The notes beneath the pieces were generated by a model that was not told where the DNA came from, ran no database searches, and saw only the letters and a list, made by a program, of their open reading frames with translations. From NCBI GenBank assembly GCA_027021395.1, contig JALUUK010000317.1, forward strand, positions 1 through 47,141: a DNA stretch of 47,141 nt, written 5' to 3'. Position numbers and translations under genes: made by a program. Shown here piece after piece: positions 44,101-47,141 of this stretch (position 1 is the stretch's first letter; each line of letters opens with the position of its first letter). The stretch comes from Acidobacteriota bacterium. Lineage in GTDB: Bacteria > Acidobacteriota > Polarisedimenticolia > J045.

Positions 44101-44687
44101 CAGGAACCGACAGCGAATACGTTCGCCGCGCCGTGCGCGAGGCGCGCCGCACGGCAGAGGATGAGACCCGTGAGGCGCTCGATGCCGCCAAAGCGCGGCA
44201 TGAGGACGAAATCGAAGAACTTCGCATGCGTGCGGCGAGCGAAGCCGTCGATCGTCTCGTCGGGGTGCTCACCGGTAGCGGAGCGCCTGTTCCTCTCGGC
44301 GATCTCGGTTCGTGGGATGCAGCACCTCCGCCGACCTCGCCGAAAGCGCTCGACACTCCCAAACCGGCGGAAAGCGAGGCCGAGGACGATACTCCGGCGC
44401 AGGCCGCGGAAGCAGCGGTCGATGATGAAATCGCCGGCTTTGACGATCCTTATATCGATTCCGCGTTGTGTACGACGTGCAATGAGTGCACCAATCTCAA
44501 TGGCATGCTCTTCAAGTACAACGACAACAAGCAAGCCGAGATTGCCGATCCCGCAGCGGGCACCTTCGAGCAATTGGTCATGGCTGCCGAGAAATGCCCC
44601 GTACGCTGCATTCATCCCGGTGTTCCGCGTGCCGGCGACGAGACGGCCACCGACGAGATGATCGCGCGTGCCGCGCCGTTCAACTGA
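41142..44687 (+). CDS. PFOR-derived 1181-aa protein with degenerate ThDP region and C-terminal single-cluster ferredoxin domain
   Basis: Segments collinear with pyruvate:ferredoxin oxidoreductase. Domain I-like ASTIQEAIDHCLVAHWLVRKRRIPVV. Gamma/domain III-like DIDVLLVSEP...ARIVRIDPSA...AVLQGALLAGIA. Domain VI/VII-like LAYLAVAHREAFVARTTPAHPKQLCESLHRAGKTLRPALVLTSIPS and SVYTYDPDAG..CFDLSDNP. C-terminal YIDSALCTTCNECTNLNG..AAEKCPVRCIHPG. Confidence 0.8.
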   Translation: MAEPGSWFAGEGRAAVNLFERMICGRGAVFDPATAEGMAMVSRRSAVLLPEEQGIAFSRPVSGLAVVYHEIAPPAESRVDGATVRLVASTIQEAIDHCLVAHWLVRKRRIPVVCALPAQVADRMHFVALPSREIIDALLESENVESASGGMPASSLEDDLQAAFDAVGNATGRSLAMTAADDLVEEEDDRAAGKCLSIAAWPRRHFALPLMLDVCARLREHRSLMLDRHADRDGGVEALVLRETKCRLAQAKDIDVLLVSEPAYCDFESIGEQLRDGAVVILITMAAADGDALDDAGAAALASKKARIVRIDPSAAPSFGSADEFAVLQGALLAGIAAAAPWLEEACSRAGDADASGAWGYAALKAGLRGDVLEAEIEADERSPSAWAEQGVLFHRTGRGKRWRGEPLASAPLWPKALAPLSRADSLWSGFPLWIRREDGAEVEVLPCADKLDEAFDHLEKSGKNIALLREHRPRLLREIYMVTVGRSALPFEKVLDDAAEGFLSRFEMSTAARNELESQLREVLDVMRSHDDVIGLSRHCVVDLHAVVVGHERDECRRKLRKNVARLASQLREMLDLDTSHSPKGRAASSLSPTLGGVTGVFLDAEALSAVLPEHRGSQHLGKERRARMSDALEALEAYLSRDPTDDAPRVIYREGVFKAEEIPHTAYRFEHAQPASAALGVFEGLAAEMEALFRATRVARLEIEGDYDSVRHDDAIASLTWSSFSEEEVRAIPQVIVLETVAGFGGPALASFSDLLRSGRPIQVLVVEELLEDLGSASAELMSRYHAGLAYLAVAHREAFVARTTPAHPKQLCESLHRAGKTLRPALVLTSIPSRDAVIDSALELAAAFHARAASVYTYDPDAGESWADCFDLSDNPDPDRVWPRIAIGRDVAEDTEATVTLADVMAMDLRYRSHFRVLPPDAWSDEQIEIATFIESWAESSDHRVPFIWIEDSEGRKQRAIVTREVALFCRDRARAWRVLQEVAGTDSEYVRRAVREARRTAEDETREALDAAKARHEDEIEELRMRAASEAVDRLVGVLTGSGAPVPLGDLGSWDAAPPPTSPKALDTPKPAESEAEDDTPAQAAEAAVDDEIAGFDDPYIDSALCTTCNECTNLNGMLFKYNDNKQAEIADPAAGTFEQLVMAAEKCPVRCIHPGVPRAGDETATDEMIARAAPFN

Positions 44688-44695
44688 CGGAGACG

Positions 44696-45529
44696 ATGAA
44701 CGAGATTCTCATCGGTAGCGCAGTCATGTTCGGCGTCGCCGGATTCTTCGGTGTCGTTCTGGCCGTGGCCTATCGCAAGCTGAGCGTGGAAGAAGATCCT
44801 CGCATCGAGGTGGTCGAGAACATGTTGCCGGGAACGAATTGCGGTGCGTGCGGCCAGCCCGGATGCCATGCTTTCGCGGAGGCTTTGTGTCGAGGGGAAA
44901 CGGCGCCGGGCATCTGCACCGTCAGCGCTCCGGAAGCCATCGAAGACATGGCGACTTTTCTCGGGGTTGCGGCGGGAACGCAGGAAAAACGGGTGGCCCG
45001 GTTGCATTGTGCGGGCGGAGCATCGTCGGTCAAACAACTCGCGGCATACCGTGGCATCGCTTCCTGCCGCGCGGCCTTCGTCGTCAACGGCGGGGGGAGA
45101 GCTTGCGCTTGGGGATGCCTCGGGCTCGGGGACTGCGAGACGGCATGCACCTTCGATGCCATCGCCATGAACGTCGAGAACCTTCCGAAGGTCGATGTCG
45201 ATCTCTGCACGGCGTGCAACGACTGTGTGGAAGTCTGTCCTCTCGATCTCTTCACGCTAGAGCCCGTTTCGCATCACGTGCTGGTACAGTGCGCTTCTCC
45301 GCTCATCGGTGATGCCGCCCGTGCAAGCTGCAAAGTGGCCTGCGATGCCTGCGGTCGTTGCGCGCTCGATGCCGCCGAAGGAAGCATCGAGATGGCCGGC
45401 GGACTTCCGCAGGTGGTTTTGCCGAGCAAGGCCGGTCGGGAAAGCACCTACCGCTGCCCGACGGGTGCGATTCAGTACATCGAAGGCAATCAATTCGACG
45501 ATATCGAGATCGGAGTTCGCGATGCATGA
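44696..45529 (+). CDS. RnfB-like membrane-anchored Fe-S (polyferredoxin) protein
   Basis: ATG 44696 within ORF 44486... N-terminal TM ILIGSAVMFGVAGFFGVVLAVAY. RnfB-type LPGTNCGACGQPGCHAFAEAL. Further clusters CLGLGDCETAC, CTACNDCVEVCP, CDACGRC..YRCPTGAI. Confidence 0.85.
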   Translation: MNEILIGSAVMFGVAGFFGVVLAVAYRKLSVEEDPRIEVVENMLPGTNCGACGQPGCHAFAEALCRGETAPGICTVSAPEAIEDMATFLGVAAGTQEKRVARLHCAGGASSVKQLAAYRGIASCRAAFVVNGGGRACAWGCLGLGDCETACTFDAIAMNVENLPKVDVDLCTACNDCVEVCPLDLFTLEPVSHHVLVQCASPLIGDAARASCKVACDACGRCALDAAEGSIEMAGGLPQVVLPSKAGRESTYRCPTGAIQYIEGNQFDDIEIGVRDA

Positions 45530-47141
45530 CGACCCTTCGGCCCGAGGTTGGCTACAGGGGCTCTTCGGCGCTAGGAAATCCTCGAAGGCGACGGGAGAGG
45601 TTCTGCTGCGCACGGGGATCGAAGCAGTGTTGCAAGTCGAAGAAGCCGTCGCCGAAGTGCTCCACCACGATCGGGACGAAGACCCCTCGGCACTGCTGGC
45701 TAGGGCCACTGGATCGGCTCTCATGGGCACGCGTACGGCGGTGATCATCGAACGCAGCGACGTGGATCTTCGCCTGCAGCTCGTCGAAGCGGTGCGTCAA
45801 TGCGTACCGTTGGTAGTGCACGTCGTTCTCGATACCCACAACGACGACGAGAGCGGCCTAGCGGCATTGCTCGATAGCGGCGCGGTCGTTTTCTCTGCGA
45901 GCACGGTGCAGCAGGCGGCGGATCTTTCGCTGGTGGCGCACCGTGTCGCCGAAACGGGGCTGATACCCGTCGTCGTGACGATGGATGCGCGCGAGACGGC
46001 CGAGTCTCTACAGGATGTCGTTCTTCCGATCGACGGGGAATACGTGAACTATCTCGGCGCTCCGGACGACACGGTTGCGTGTCCGACGCCCGCGCAGATC
46101 ATGCTCTTCGGCGACCGGCGACGGCGGCTGCCGCGTTGGTTCAGCCTGGATAGTCCAAGCGCTCATGCCGTTCCCGCGGCAGGAGAAGACCGCTCGGCGC
46201 AGATGGCCGCCCGCCATTTCTTTTTCGATGCGCATCTCGGCGACCACATCGACGAAGCGATGCGCGAGATCACGTCGCTCACGGGGCGCCTTCTTGCCAC
46301 CGTGCTTTCCTGCGCAGCAAAGGGTGCGTCCAAGGCCCCGTCGCAGGTGCTCTTCGCCCATGGATCACTGGCCGACTTGGCGCGTGCCACTCTTCTTCAC
46401 GCAGAATTCCGCGAGTCGAAGAAGGTGGGTTTGATCACTCTCGTCGCTTTGCGTCCTTTCCCCGAAAGTGCCTTGCGGAAGCAATGCACGGTCGTCGAAA
46501 TCGCAGCGATTCTCGAGCGTTCTCATGCGCGATTGGCGGCCCCGCACTGGCATGCGGACTTGCGCGCCGCACTTACGGGTGGACCGATCACCTGGACCAC
46601 GGCTCATTTTCCATCGGGGAGTCAAGCGATCACCCCCGGGCACGTACTCGCAGCCGTCGACAATCTGAATCGGCGCGATCGTCGCCGAGACGAAATTTGG
46701 CTGGGATTGACGCCACCGACCGTCGAGACCCGTTTTCCAAAGCGGGAAGTCTTGCTCAATCGTATCGCGCGCGAGTATCCGGACTTGTCGACGGTCCTCG
46801 ACGAATCTACGGCGACGGTCGACCTACGTCCTGCGGGTGCCGTGACCTTGGCTGTTTGCGCGCGCGAAACGGATCTTCCGGCGGAGGTCTTGCCAGAGAT
46901 CGTGCGCGCGGCTTTTTCGTCGAAGGGACCCTATGCCAGAACTCGTACGACGAGACCGCGGCCGGAATACTGGACGGCGCATATCACTCTCGCCGGCGCT
47001 TCATTCGACGATCCAGGCGATGCGGTGCCGGTCGATGGGATCTTGCTGGCGGGCCTCGATTTTCCGCCTTCGCTCGACCTGCCGGCGGAAGTCTGTGAAG
47101 ACGCCTTTCTACTCGTCGCCACCGACAAGGATTCCAAAGAG
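45522..47141 (+). CDS. second PFOR-like protein, 3'-truncated by the window end (540 codons visible)
   Basis: Not in the ORF track because no stop is reached. Hand translation from ATG 45522 (ATGCATGA overlap with the previous stop) hit no in-frame stop: I checked codon by codon to about 45,910 and read the rest in frame less rigorously. Motifs: MHDDPSARGW..TGIEAVLQVEE..ASTVQQAADLSLVAHRVAETGLIPVVVTMDARE..SLTGRLL..KVGLITLVALRPFPESAL.., collinear with PFOR domains I-II. Confidence 0.75.
   Translation, partial: MHDDPSARGWLQGLFGARKSSKATGEVLLRTGIEAVLQVEEAVAEVLHHDRDEDPSALLARATGSALMGTRTAVIIERSDVDLRLQLVEAVRQCVPLVVHVVLDTHNDDESGLAALLDSGAVVFSASTVQQAADLSLVAHRVAETGLIPVVVTMDARETAESLQDVVLPIDGEYVNYLGAPDDTVACPTPAQIMLFGDRRRRLPRWFSLDSPSAHAVPAAGEDRSAQMAARHFFFDAHLGDHIDEAMREITSLTGRLLATVLSCAAKGASKAPSQVLFAHGSLADLARATLLHAEFRESKKVGLITLVALRPFPESALRKQCTVVEIAAILERSHARLAAPHWHADLRAALTGGPITWTTAHFPSGSQAITPGHVLAAVDNLNRRDRRRDEIWLGLTPPTVETRFPKREVLLNRIAREYPDLSTVLDESTATVDLRPAGAVTLAVCARETDLPAEVLPEIVRAAFSSKGPYARTRTTRPRPEYWTAHITLAGASFDDPGDAVPVDGILLAGLDFPPSLDLPAEVCEDAFLLVATDKDSKE

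Noticed and set aside
42978-44615. 239-aa and 283-aa minus-strand ORFs
   Set aside because: They are antisense to the PFOR-like gene, whose frame shows extended collinearity with PFOR domains VI/VII and a ferredoxin motif.
1-47141. Mobile-element boundaries for the metal island (integrase, transposase, flanking tRNA, long direct repeats)
   Set aside because: I could recognise none by eye. The island may be ancestral, or its boundaries are not marked by recognisable mobility genes. A compositional (GC, k-mer) scan would be needed to decide.

Overview
GC-rich bacterial chromosomal window. I could not recognise any rRNA, tRNA, CRISPR array, transposase or integrase. All calls rest on reading motifs by eye; no database search or computation was possible.

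- **1-10.6 kb:** origin-proximal housekeeping block rpmH-rnpA-yidD-yidC-jag, a lipid-anchored azurin-like cupredoxin, and pepQ. A minus-strand operon follows: lipoprotein-resB-ccsA-rhomboid (System II cytochrome c maturation).
- **10.6-11.4 kb:** an ~830-bp gap with no credible ORF.
- **11.4-14.7 kb:** porin-like OMP, small periplasmic protein and a methyl-accepting chemotaxis protein, closed by a bidirectional terminator.
- **14.8-31 kb:** a Cu(I)/Ag(I)-type resistance island. The minus-strand operon is htrA, small Cys-rich protein, cusC-cusB-cusA, DUF3347-like His/Met-rich protein, DUF2231-like membrane protein. Diverging from it on the plus strand are small Cys-rich and His-rich exported proteins and a sigma54-type sensor kinase / enhancer-binding response regulator pair.
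- **31-33.3 kb:** a porin plus dihaem cytochrome c operon behind a -24/-12 promoter candidate.
- **33.5-37.5 kb:** an exported YVTN-type beta-propeller protein plus a TPR-CHAT protease.
- **37.8-47.1 kb:** hemerythrin-like protein, korA and korB. They are followed by two PFOR-derived paralogues that appear to have lost their cofactor motifs, bracketing a membrane-anchored RnfB-like polyferredoxin. The last ORF is open at the window end and is absent from the ORF track. This cluster is my top candidate for an undescribed system.

Many long ORFs in the track are antisense or out-of-frame GC artefacts and were not called.
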